A stretch of DNA of 32,000 bases from Mycobacterium leprae TN (GTDB taxonomy: Bacteria > Actinomycetota > Actinomycetes > Mycobacteriales > Mycobacteriaceae). This document shows, one piece after another, positions 20,240-31,543 of this stretch. Each line of letters starts with the position of its first letter. The first letter of the stretch is position 1. A model generated the notes under the pieces. That model searched no databases. It had not been told where the DNA came from and saw nothing but the letters and a program-made list of their open reading frames with translations. Location of the stretch: NCBI RefSeq assembly GCF_000195855.1, contig NC_002677.1, forward strand, positions 2,580,001-2,612,000, written 5' to 3'. Position numbers and translations under genes: made by a program.

Positions 20240-21430
20240 TTGCGCATCGGCCCGATAGAGCTTACCAGCCCGGTTGTGTTGGCTCCGATGGCCGGAGTAA
20301 CGAACGTCACATTCCGGACACTGTGCCGTGAATTTGGTTCAACGCGTGGCAACCTGCTGCGCCCAGCTCCACCGCACTTGCGATCGCCACTAGAACAATC
20401 GCAGGTAGGCACCATCAGCGGACTGTACGTCTGCGAAATGGTGACCGCGCGTGCACTAGTCGAGCGAAATGCAGTCACGATACACATGACCACGTTCGCA
20501 CCGGACGAGTCGCCCCGGTCGTTGCAGCTCTACACCGTGGACCCGGCTACCACGTACACGGCCGCCAAGATGGTCGCTGACGAAGGTTTGGCCGATCACA
20601 TCGATATGAATTTCGGCTGCCCGATGCCCAAGGTCACCAGACGCGGCGGCGGGGCAGCGCTGCCATACAAACGGCGACTGTTTGGCCAGATCGTCGCTGC
20701 CGCTGTGCGTGCTACCGAAGGCACCAAAATACCGGTGACCGTCAAGTTCCGCATCGGCATCGACGACGAGCATCACACCCACCTAGATGCCGGCCGTATC
20801 GCCGAAGCTGAGGGCGCAGCCGCGGTCGCATTGCACGCCCGGACGGCGGCTCAACGCTACTCCGGCACCGCTGATTGGGCACAGATCGCCCAACTCAAAC
20901 AGCAGGTAAGGACGATTCCTGTGCTCGGCAATGGGGACATCTACGACGCGAGCGACGCGCTGGCCATGATGGCCGTCACTGGGTGCGACGGCGTGGTCAT
21001 CGGCCGCGGCTGCCTGGGCCGTCCGTGGCTGTTCGCCGAGCTGTCGGCCGCGTTCACCGGCAGACCTGCCCCCGCCCCGCCCACACTCGGCGAAGTCGCC
21101 GAAATCGTCCGTCGGCACGGCAAACTGCTAGTCGCCCATTTCGGCGAAGACAAAGGCATGCGCGACATCCGCAAACACATCGCGTGGTACCTGCACGGCT
21201 TTCCCGCCGGATCCGAATTGCGAAACGCACTGGCACTGGTCAAAACGCTCGATGAACTTGACTGCCTATTAAACCGGTTGGACGGAGCTGTTCCGTTCCC
21301 GGATGCCGCGATCGGACCCCGGGGTAGGCAGGGTTCACCCGCCTGGGTGGCATTGCCCGACAGCTGGCTGACTGACCCTGACGACTGCACAGTGCCGATC
21401 GGCGCCGACATCATGGAATCTGGTGGCTGA
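20240..21430 (+). CDS. dus: tRNA-dihydrouridine synthase (Rv0823c-like)
   Basis: Intact 396-aa ORF with a TTG start 7 nt after the desA1 stop. Dus motifs are present: VVLAPMAGVTN, DMNFGCP, VTVKFRIG, ALHARTA, VLGNGDI and GVVIGRG. Confidence 0.92.
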   Translation: MRIGPIELTSPVVLAPMAGVTNVTFRTLCREFGSTRGNLLRPAPPHLRSPLEQSQVGTISGLYVCEMVTARALVERNAVTIHMTTFAPDESPRSLQLYTVDPATTYTAAKMVADEGLADHIDMNFGCPMPKVTRRGGGAALPYKRRLFGQIVAAAVRATEGTKIPVTVKFRIGIDDEHHTHLDAGRIAEAEGAAAVALHARTAAQRYSGTADWAQIAQLKQQVRTIPVLGNGDIYDASDALAMMAVTGCDGVVIGRGCLGRPWLFAELSAAFTGRPAPAPPTLGEVAEIVRRHGKLLVAHFGEDKGMRDIRKHIAWYLHGFPAGSELRNALALVKTLDELDCLLNRLDGAVPFPDAAIGPRGRQGSPAWVALPDSWLTDPDDCTVPIGADIMESGG

Positions 21431-21479
21431 ATCGAAACTCTGCCAAAACCGCGTCTCGATCGATAATTCAGTACCATAT

Positions 21480-23560
21480 GCCCTTAAGTGGCAGTTGTAG
21501 CGCTGATAATACCAGCGGTGCATTGACCATTTTGCACGGTGTGACGTCCGCACAGAGCTGCGGAAACCGGCAGGACGTGAATTAGAGCGAGAATAGCGCC
21601 ACTCTTGACCATCGACGCGGATACGGTGCCGACAGCGATGATCAACGAATTACCCCCGACGCGCAGCGAACGTTTAACGCCGCGCTGTAAGAGCCCAGAT
21701 TTTGCATCCGAACACGATCATGTGTCCTACCGATGGCCGGACGAATCGCCCGTCGACACCAAAAAGACCGGATCTCATGCCGTCGGCCTAATATACCGTC
21801 ACCGATTTAATCGCCAAAATTGGCGCTTACACTCCCGAGCGGTCCAGTCACCCCTAATATATAGCCCACCACCAAACCCCGGACATCAAACCACCCGATG
21901 TCTTAGCCGATGTCACCGATTACCCCGACGACGAGTAAGGTACCCAGTTCATCGACATACCGACCTTAATCCTCGGAGATCGTTTTAGCGATTCCCGATC
22001 TCGGAACGGCCCACTATCCGTACGACAGCGTACATACGCCAACCCCCATCACACGAGGTGCTGCCCGCGCCAAATGGCGGAACCTCAGCGCCCGAGGCCC
22101 TTAAGACCCGCAAACAACAACCTAAATTAAGCCGCCGACCGATGTTGCTGGCCGGACGCATACTGTCGGGGTTGTTTGCAGTGCTGAATCCTGGTCCTGA
22201 CCGACGCGGCTTGGCCGGTGGAAAGCCTCGAAGAAAAACCACCTGAACACCGTCAGCGCGCTTGACTCGGGCTCGCACAATATCGCCGACCCCAGCAGGC
22301 GGCACGGCAACGAGAATTTTTGATCGGCGGTATGGATTCACGCGCAGGGGCGAACGCCAACATGGGCGCAAACTACACCGAAGACGTCGACAGCATACGG
22401 TCGGACACCGTGATGCTGATGAACATCCTGGCAAACCGCAAACGCATGGTGGTGATCTCGTTCCCCCCCTCCCCGCAACCTGACGATCATCCCGATACCG
22501 TGAGACATCTGGGACCCTGAAACCGGCAAATACGGACCCATCTACAACGAGAAGAGGTGTGCAGGAAAACTCCGACACAAGACTACGAATTAGGCGCGGT
22601 GCTAGACTACCGCGAACGCAAGGTTGTCAACCGGGCAACAGTATTGAACTATGTGCGAGCCCGTAAGGTCACTACCGACTTCACTGGGGACTACCGCCGC
22701 ATCAAACGACAGCAATTATCCTTGTCGTCGCTGCTGAGTTCTACGATCTTGTCGGATACATTATTCAACCTGAATAAGCTCAACAACCTCGTCAACATGT
22801 TCATCAGCAAGAGCTACGTCGACAATGTCAAGACCAAAGACTTAGCCCAGCTGGGCATGTCATTGCAGGGCATGGCGACCGGGCACATTACGTTTGTTAC
22901 CGTGCCTACCGGCGTAACAGACGGAAACGGCAACGAACCACCACGCACGGCCGACATGCGGGTGCTTTTCGATGCCATCATCAATGATGACCCCTTACCT
23001 CTCGAAAACAATCAGAATACGCAAAGTTCGGGGATGACACCGACAACTACACCTACCCCCAAGAAGGCGATACTGAACAACCCCGCCCCAGAGGTTCAGC
23101 ATAAGCAGATGACGATAACCTCGCCGCGAGGCATGACCCGTGCAGGTGTTCAAGTAAACCAACCGACCAAGTCTGGCAACCACCGCAGCCAACAAACTCA
23201 AGCAGGCCAACTTCAACTGTTATGACGTCAAGAAGACTACTCGGGTTCACCTAGGGCCACTACGGTCTTCTTCTCGCCCGGAATCGAGCAGGCCTTAACC
23301 ACCGTGGTATCGACGTTCTCCAATTTCAAAAGTCCAGCAAATTAACGGAATTGGCAACGTAGTTCACGTTGTCCTCGTCCCAGACTTTAATGCTGTGATC
23401 ACTCCCCTCGCCCAACGGCACATCGGTCACCGTGCAGATAGACCGCAAATCCAACAACCCGTCAACTAAACTGCCTTAGGACCTGACGTTGACCAACGCA
23501 GCCGACACGACCTGCGGATAGTCGTCTAGACGTGGTTTCGCCACCGTTTTCGATCTCGAG
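21480..23560 (+). pseudogene. LytR-CpsA-Psr (LCP) family cell-wall glycopolymer ligase pseudogene (Rv0822c-like)
   Basis: Ordered plus-strand fragments read as follows:
- TM-like LLAGRILSGLFAVL (ORF 22058-22246)
- LCP core IGGMDSRAGANANMG..DSIRSDTVMLMNILANRKRMVVISFP (ORF 22320-22520)
- LAQLGMSLQGMATGHITFVTVP (ORF 22557-23225)
- a LytR_C-like tail IDVLQFQKSSKLTELA near 23310

The gap of about 2.1 kb between dus and phoU fits a protein of roughly 680 aa. There are multiple frameshifts and stops. Confidence 0.7.
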
Positions 23561-23577
23561 AACGTAGGCTTAACCAC

Positions 23578-24246
23578 ATGCGAACCGCCTACCATGAGCA
23601 ACTCTCGGAGTTATCTGAGCGGCTCAGCGAGATGTGCGGGCTGGCAGGAATCGCCATGGAGCGGGCCACCCAAGCATTGCTGCAAGCCGATCTGATGCTT
23701 GCAGAACAAGTGATCACCGACCACGAAAAGATCGCGACCCGCAGCGCTCGCGCCGAAGAGAGCGCTTTCGTACTGCTGGCCTTACAAGCGCCGGTGGCCG
23801 GTGACCTCAGAGCAATCGTGAGCGCCATCCAGATGGTGGCTGCCATTGATCGGATGGGTGCGCTGGCCTTACACGTTGCTAAGACCGCACGCCGGCGCCA
23901 CCCTCAGCACGTGTTGCCTGAAGAGGTCAATGGATATTTTGCCGAAATAGGTCGAGTTGCAGTCGAATTGGGTAACGGTGCACAAGAAGTGGTGTTGTCC
24001 CGCGACCCGGAGAAAGCTGCCCAGATCCGCGAAAAAGACGACGCGATGGACGAGCTGCACCGGCATTTATTCTCGGTGCTGATGGATCGCGAATGGAAGC
24101 ACGGCGTGGCGGCCGCCGTCGACGTGACGTTGCTAGGCAGGTTCTATGAACGTTTCGCCGACCACGCCGTTGAAGTGGCACGCCGAGTCATCTTCCAGGC
24201 TACCGGCAGTTTTCCGGAAGACGACACGGTGCCAGGCTCACGCTAA
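23578..24246 (+). CDS. phoU: phosphate-signalling regulator PhoU (PhoY2-like)
   Basis: Intact 222-aa ORF starting [16 protein letters not shown].., with two PhoU repeats (..[14 protein letters not shown].. and ..[14 protein letters not shown]..). It is convergent with pstB with a 26-nt gap. Confidence 0.92.
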
Positions 24247-24272
24247 GTGGTTTGCCCGGCCGTTTCTATGAA

Positions 24273-25049
24273 CTAGCCGAAGCGGCCGGAGATGTAGTCC
24301 TCAGTGGCCTTTTCGGTCGGATTGGAAAAGATTTTCTCGGTGTCATCTATCTCCACCAGCCGGCCGGGTCTTCCTACGGCTTCCAAGTTGAAGAACGCAG
24401 TCTGATCGCTCACCCGCGCCGCCTGCTGCATGTTGTGGGTAACTATTACAATGGTGTACTCCTGTTTCAATTCACCGATCAGTTCTTCGATAGCCATCGT
24501 CGAAATGGGATCGAGCGAGGAGCACGGCTCGTCCATGAGTAACACGTCTGGTTGCACGGCAATGGCCCGAGCGATACACAGCCGTTGCTGCTGCCCCCCG
24601 GACAGTCCACCGCCAGGCTTATCCAATCGGTCCTTGACCTCATCCCACAGATTCGTACCGCGCAAAAAGTATTCTGCGGTATCATCAAGCACCTTACGAT
24701 TACGCACGCCTTGCAGCTTCAAACCGGCCACCACGTTATCGCGAATTGACATGGCGGGGAACGGGTTGGGCCGCTGGAACACCATCCCGATCGCCCGTCG
24801 CACACCGACGGGATCGATACCCGGGGCATAAATGTCTTCATCGTCGAGTAACACGGTGCCCTCAACACGGGCGCCAGGGACGACCTCATGCATCCGATTT
24901 AAGGTGCGCAACACCGTCGTCTTGCCGCAGCCTGAGGCTCCGATGAACGCCGTCACGCTTCTGGGCAGTACCGCCAGCGACACATCCAAAACTGCTTGAA
25001 AAGATCCGTAATAAATGTTGACGCCTTTGAGATCCAATCTCTTGGCCAC
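24273..25049 (-). CDS. pstB: phosphate ABC transporter ATP-binding protein PstB (PhoT)
   Basis: Intact 258-aa ORF with Walker [13 protein letters not shown] signature LSGGQQQRL and Walker B LLMDEP. The GTG start at 25049 is preceded by AGGAGA with a 5-nt spacer. It lies 13 nt after the ancestral pstA stop (TAG 25063-25065). Confidence 0.95.
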
Positions 25050-25062
25050 TTGGTTCTCCTGC

Positions 25063-25878
25063 CTACAATTTCTTAGGGACGAACATTTTCTCGGTTACTC
25101 TGGACCCGATATTTAAGTATTAATTAAGCACAACGATTATCGGGGTCAGCGCGGCGCCCTACAGCCGATCCGTGTTAACCGTGTTGTTGTCAACATCGGC
25201 CGAAGTTTGGTCACACATCATGCCGGGCAGTGACCCTATGAACCCTCTGAAAATGCCAAAGTTGATTTCCTGCGAATAGCCAACCAGGATCAGCAGTGGG
25301 GCCATCTCCCCCATCACTCGAGCTAACACCAACATGATTTCGGTAACAATTCCAGATAGCGACTTCGGAATCACAATTATAGCAATCTTTTTCCCTTCGG
25401 AACCTTTGGAGTGTAACTGGCCTCGTGCAGATCCATCGGAACGATTTGCAGCATTTTCTCGGTAGCCCAGTCGATCTACCGGGAGCATCAACAACACCAA
25501 CGCCATCATGAACTTGGCACAAACAAGACCCAACGTCGCCACACACAGTACGTATATGAGAACAGTGCCACCACGATCTAGAATAGAACACTTAGGATAT
25601 CCATCATGGATGTAGCTAGCGTGCGCCAGCGTTGTACCACTACCGTATTCAACCAGATAGATCCCGACCATGAAGACAATCGGCATGGAAATTGCAGTGC
25701 ATATCAATCCCTGCAACAAGGTGCCGACGATCACGTGATACGCGCCACCGCCAACCACGAACTACGTCAAGACGAGCAATGTCACGATTACAGTCACGAA
25801 GCTGTTCACAACTCGACGACATCGACCAAGCCCGGAGAACGTCCCTTCCTTGAACGACCGGTCCAGGATCGAAGTCAT
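25063..25878 (-). pseudogene. pstA: phosphate ABC permease PstA pseudogene
   Basis: A single reading frame runs from ATG 25878 to TAG 25063-25065. It reads MTSILDRSFKEGTFSGLGRCRRVVNSFVTVIVTLLVLT* FVVGGGAYHVIVGTLLQG...IVIPKSLSGIVTEIMLVLARVMGEMAPLL...* GAALTPIIVVLN* ..KMFVPKKL*. It is interrupted by in-frame stops at 25762-25764 (TAG), 25159-25161 (TAG) and 25120-25122 (TAA). About 30-40 codons are missing after the first TM segment, and the EAA-loop region is degenerate (GSARGQLHSKGSEGKK). Confidence 0.85.
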
Positions 25879-25881
25879 CAA

Positions 25882-26780
25882 TTTCGTCTTCTAATTCCGG
25901 CGACAACACTACGCACTGAGACATCGATCACGAAGGCGACTAATGAAAAGCCCCAGCCGGGCAGCAATATAAGGACCAGCCTTGTATCGATCATCGAATG
26001 CCGATGCGATGGCGACAATCTGGGTTGCAAAGGTGTAACCGCCATGGAATGGCGGTTAACCAAACGTTTTCTGAGTGCTGTGCAAGATGATCAGCAGTGC
26101 GACCATCGCCCCCAGGGCGCGTACTAGGCCTAGCAATACGACCGTGGCCAAAACAATAACCAGCGGTGAAGATAGTGCCGACACCTGCCAATGACATATT
26201 GCCACTGGCTAAGAGAATGCATCAGACCAGAGTTCGATCGAGCCAAGTTGTGATCGGACACAGCTGCGGTGCCAGTACGTACCAACCCCAGACACCACAA
26301 ATGATCGAGGGCACTACGGCCAACAAATCGACCGAATAAGCCACCGCGCCGACTACCCGCCGCGGTGCATACTGGGTGATGAACAGAGCGACTCCCGAAG
26401 CAGTCGACATCACCAAGATCAATGCGAACAGTGACACCAACACCGTCACCTGCAGCAGATCAAAGATTCCGAAGTTCATCACGGAGATATCGGCAATGAC
26501 CCACGTGCCGCTGTAGCTGAAGAAGTTCTCTTTGTCGCGCCGCAACGCGGGTATCGCGCGACACAGCAATAACGCGCCTACCACGGCTATGACCACAATC
26601 CGGACTCCGGAACCCTCCACAACAGCCTGCGAAATCTCTGGTCTCCCAAGTTCGGCCGCCGCCCACGAGCTTATTAGTGCGATCGGCAACTCGAGAGGGG
26701 CATGGATACCACCGAACCCGCATAGGCTTAGGTTGGCGTTGTAACCGTAATCCCATCCCTGTTATTTCTGCCGTCACTTT
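25882..26780 (-). pseudogene. pstC: phosphate ABC permease PstC pseudogene
   Basis: ORF 26222-26689 encodes a good PstC N-terminal half (..RAIPALRRDKENFF..LFITQYAPRRVVGAVAYSVDLLAVVPSIICGVWGWYVLAP..) and then stops. The C-terminal half (25882-26220) survives only as fragments in other frames, for example ..IVAIASAFDD.. and AGPYIAARLGLFIS. Confidence 0.8.
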
Positions 26781-26830
26781 TAAACCGCCTGTTGCCCGCT
26801 TGAGAAAAGATGTCGCACAGAGACAATTTG

Positions 26831-27955
26831 CTACTGCATTGCATTGATCGCGCTGACCAGTCGTTTTTTAATTGTATCGGGCAGCGGGACATAGCCGACC
26901 GCTGCAAGACCGGCCTGACCGTCATTGGCTGCCACGGTGAGGAATGACTTGATCGCCGCAAACGTGTCCGGATCGTAGCCTTTCGAGCAGACGATTTCAT
27001 ATGTGGCCAAGACCAACGGGTAAGCATTAGACTGTTCGGTGCTGTACATCGCGTTCAGGTCCAGTACTAGGTCGTTGCCGACGGACACGAAGTTGGCTGC
27101 GTTTATGCCATTGCGTGCCGTGTCGTCGGTAAGCGGTACGCCGCCACTGCCGGTGTCAATCTGGGCGAACGGCAATCCAGCCCGATCAGCGAAGCTCTTC
27201 TCAACATAACCAAAGGCGCCTGGAGTAGTCTGCACCGCCTGGATTACACCAGCCGACTTCTGGACCCCTTCGCCAACACCGCCCTGAAACTCGGCACCGA
27301 CCCCTTTGGCCCAGCTCTGTGGTGCATCGGTCGTCAAATACTTCTGCAAGTTGTCGGTGGTTCCCGATGCATCCGCCCGATAGATCGGCATGATCCTGAG
27401 GTTGGGCAGGACAACACCTGGATTGAGAGCCGCCAGTATCCCGTCGTTCCATGTCGTAATCACGCCACTGAAGATTTTGGCCAACACGTCACTATTGACG
27501 GTCAACATTTGAACGCCTGGCAGGTTGTAAACCAACGCAACCGGACCGAACACCAGCGGCAGATCCCAGGCCGGGTTGCCTTTACAGCGTTTGGCGGCCG
27601 GGCCGAGTTGATCCGCAAGCAGCGGTGAGTCCGAGCCAGCGAAGTCGATACGGCCGGCAATGAATTGCTCACGACCAGCACCCGACCCAGTCGGGTTGTA
27701 TGACACGGTCTTGTCAGGGCACAACTTTCCCCAAATCTGATTAAACAATGCGATCGCGTTCTGTTGAGCGGTCGACCCTTCAGCCGTCATTGTTCTTTTG
27801 CCGCCGCAAGCCGCGGTGTCAGCCGATTTCCCTGAGATGGATGTTGTCGCAGTATGGCCGCGATTGACGTCACTACCGCACGCGGATAACACCCCGGCGG
27901 TGACCGCCGTCGTCAACACCATCGCAAACGCCCTGCATACCTTGTCGTGGTTCAC
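26831..27955 (-). CDS. pstS: phosphate-binding lipoprotein PstS
   Basis: The frame is open to 28120 (429 aa in the track). However, GTG at 27955 yields (M)NHDKVCRAFAMVLTTAVTAGVLSAC|GS, a classic lipoprotein signal with lipobox LSAC, and a 375-aa product of normal PstS size. The PstS family wording is full length: EGSTAQQNA, NPTGSGAG, DFAGSD, AWDLPLVFGPVALVYN, ASGTTDN and YPLVLATYEIVC. Confidence 0.88.
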   Translation of the reverse strand: MNHDKVCRAFAMVLTTAVTAGVLSACGSDVNRGHTATTSISGKSADTAACGGKRTMTAEGSTAQQNAIALFNQIWGKLCPDKTVSYNPTGSGAGREQFIAGRIDFAGSDSPLLADQLGPAAKRCKGNPAWDLPLVFGPVALVYNLPGVQMLTVNSDVLAKIFSGVITTWNDGILAALNPGVVLPNLRIMPIYRADASGTTDNLQKYLTTDAPQSWAKGVGAEFQGGVGEGVQKSAGVIQAVQTTPGAFGYVEKSFADRAGLPFAQIDTGSGGVPLTDDTARNGINAANFVSVGNDLVLDLNAMYSTEQSNAYPLVLATYEIVCSKGYDPDTFAAIKSFLTVAANDGQAGLAAVGYVPLPDTIKKRLVSAINAMQ

Positions 27956-28112
27956 CGATCTCGCTTTCTCAGCGCACTTTCGACGCACACCCGCACCGCT
28001 GGCCGAGCGCAAAGTGGCCTGGTCACCCGGAAAGTATGCACCGCAGGAACCCAGAAACATCGCTATTGGGGTGAACAACACCGGTGAATACTGCATGAAA
28101 CTGGGCTTTCGC

Positions 28113-29824
<1,712 letters not shown>

Positions 29825-30003
29825 GTGTCGTGGAAAAGGAATTTCCCAAACCGCATAGTGACACGCACTGTTTGAGTGCTAGGTCTATAGCACAATAACG
29901 TGCCACTAAGTCTTATAGACCCGACGACAAGGCGTTTCGGGAATAATCATGCCGCTGGTCGGAGATGGTTAAAGATGCAACCTGCATAAAGGTACGTCAC
30001 AAT

Positions 30004-30816
30004 ATGCGTATGCGCAAGGTGCTAACCAGTGTGATCGCAACGGTGGTCACCATGGCTGTGCTCGTTGTCGGTGTCCTCGGCATCGATTACGGAACCAGCA
30101 TCTACGCCGAATACCTCCTGTCAGTGAACGTGCGCAACGCAGCAAATCTCGGGTCGGACCCATTTGTCGCCATACTGGCGTTCCCGTTCATCCCGCAGGC
30201 GATGCGGGACCACTACACCGAGTTGGAAATCAAGGCCAACGCAGTCGACCACGCCATGGTCGGCAAGGCCTCCCTCGAAGCCACCATGTACTCGATCGAC
30301 CTGACCTACGCGTCCTGGCTGATCAAGCCCGATGCGAAGCTCCCAGTAGACAGGCTAGAGAGTCGCATCATCATCGATTCGATGCACCTGGGCCAGTATC
30401 TAGGCATCAGCGACCTCATGGTCGAGGCACCACACCGGGAAACCAACAACGCCACCGGCGGTACCACCGAGTCTGGGATCTCCAGCGGCCATGGGCTGGT
30501 ACTTAGCGGCACACCGAAATCGGCCAACTTCGACCACCGGGTCAGCGTCTTGGTGGACCTCTCCATCGCCCCTGAAGATCAGGCTACGCTGGTGTTTACC
30601 CCTACAGGCATTGCGACCGGACCCGACACCGCCAACCAACCCGTTCCGGATGACAAACGAAACCCCGTACTACGTGCCTTCAGCGCCAGGATGTCCGACC
30701 AGCGGCTTCCATTCGGGGTAGCACCGACCAGCGAGGGAGCGCGTGGCTCGGATGTGATCATCGAAGGCATCACACAGGGAGTAACAATCACCCTCGACGG
30801 GTTTAAGCAATCATGA
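30004..30816 (+). CDS. membrane-anchored/exported envelope protein, Rv0817c-like (DUF2993; LmeA family as I recall)
   Basis: The frame is open from 29965 (283 aa). ATG 30004 gives MRMRKVLTSVIATVVTMAVLVVGVLGI.., a basic N-terminus plus one TM helix, for 270 aa. The remainder is soluble and beta-rich (..ELEIKANAVDH.., ..RIIIDSMHLG.., ..VIIEGITQGVTITLDGF). Its stop overlaps the next ORF's ATG (ATGA at 30813-30816). Confidence 0.85.
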   Translation: MRMRKVLTSVIATVVTMAVLVVGVLGIDYGTSIYAEYLLSVNVRNAANLGSDPFVAILAFPFIPQAMRDHYTELEIKANAVDHAMVGKASLEATMYSIDLTYASWLIKPDAKLPVDRLESRIIIDSMHLGQYLGISDLMVEAPHRETNNATGGTTESGISSGHGLVLSGTPKSANFDHRVSVLVDLSIAPEDQATLVFTPTGIATGPDTANQPVPDDKRNPVLRAFSARMSDQRLPFGVAPTSEGARGSDVIIEGITQGVTITLDGFKQS

Positions 30817-31331
30817 TGCGTGCCAGCGACGATGCAGAGCAAAGCGATGACGATGACGTGGGGGCACGTCCTCTACAAGTGGGTGGAAACACCGGGAGAG
30901 CAACACTCATGATGACCGCGATTGTAGCGACAATAACGGTGGGCATGCTGACAGCCTTTACCGGACGGTGGCTGACTCGACACTCAGGAAACGTTCACGA
31001 AATTTGTTCCGGGCCGGGCCAAGGCACTGGCACAGACACCGCTGACCTCGGCTTGTCGCGTACTGGGCCAACCATCGTACATTTCAGCGCGCCGTGGTGC
31101 GGACCGTGCGACCGGGTCCGTCGCGTGGTTTATCAAGTCTGCAAAGACCTGCCCGACGTAGCCCATATCGAGATCGATTTGGACACTAACCCTGCGGCTG
31201 TGCGCCGATTTTCGGTGCTTTCGCTGCCCACCACATTGATTTTCGATACCGACGGACAGCAACGATACCGGACGTCGGGAGTCCCCAAGGCCTTTGATCT
31301 GCTATCCACACTCGAACCATTGTTGGCTTAA
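30813..31331 (+). CDS. thiX: membrane-anchored thioredoxin-like protein (ThiX-like)
   Basis: The redox motif WCGPC sits in a thioredoxin fold context (IVHFSAPWCGPCDRV..SLPTTLIFD). It is preceded by a TM helix (MMTAIVATITVGMLTAF). The track start ATG 30813 gives 172 aa with an acidic leader. ATG 30909, preceded by GGGAGAG, gives 140 aa and may be the true start. Confidence 0.88.
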   Translation: MMRASDDAEQSDDDDVGARPLQVGGNTGRATLMMTAIVATITVGMLTAFTGRWLTRHSGNVHEICSGPGQGTGTDTADLGLSRTGPTIVHFSAPWCGPCDRVRRVVYQVCKDLPDVAHIEIDLDTNPAAVRRFSVLSLPTTLIFDTDGQQRYRTSGVPKAFDLLSTLEPLLA

Positions 31332-31543
31332 TTAGCGTGTCATTGGGTAAGCTGGCTAACGTGTCAACCTGCCTCGAGCCCAGGCTCACCAAGCGTTGCG
31401 CAGTCCATCTGTGCCAAATCACGGGTTGTTCCTGTAGCTGCTGAAGTAGCCAAGCTCTTTCGCGCCGCACTCGGAGCCTACCGTGGCCTGTCTCCCACTT
31501 TGTCCGTGCAACACGTGCAACAGGAGTACCTAGGAGTAGAACA

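Noticed and set aside
19609-21477. Minus-strand ORFs of 160 aa (19609-20091) and 178 aa (20941-21477)
   Set aside because: They are shadow ORFs antisense to the well-supported desA1 and dus genes.
21985-22578. 197-aa minus-strand ORF between dus and phoU
   Set aside because: It is antisense to the LCP pseudogene. The product is Cys/Arg/Pro-rich nonsense with no start context. The plus strand carries the ordered LCP motifs.
24250-24295. Inverted repeat ccggccg ... cggccgg between the convergent phoU and pstB genes, considered as a bidirectional terminator
   Set aside because: The 7-bp arms are separated by about 20 nt, and the right arm lies inside the pstB coding sequence. There is no U-tract, so it is not convincing as an intrinsic terminator.
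29882-29921. 8-bp inverted repeat ggtctata ... tatagacc in the divergent glnR/LmeA-like intergenic region, considered as an operator
   Set aside because: It is short, with 24-nt spacing. Such 8-mers are expected by chance many times in 32 kb, and I have no comparative support.
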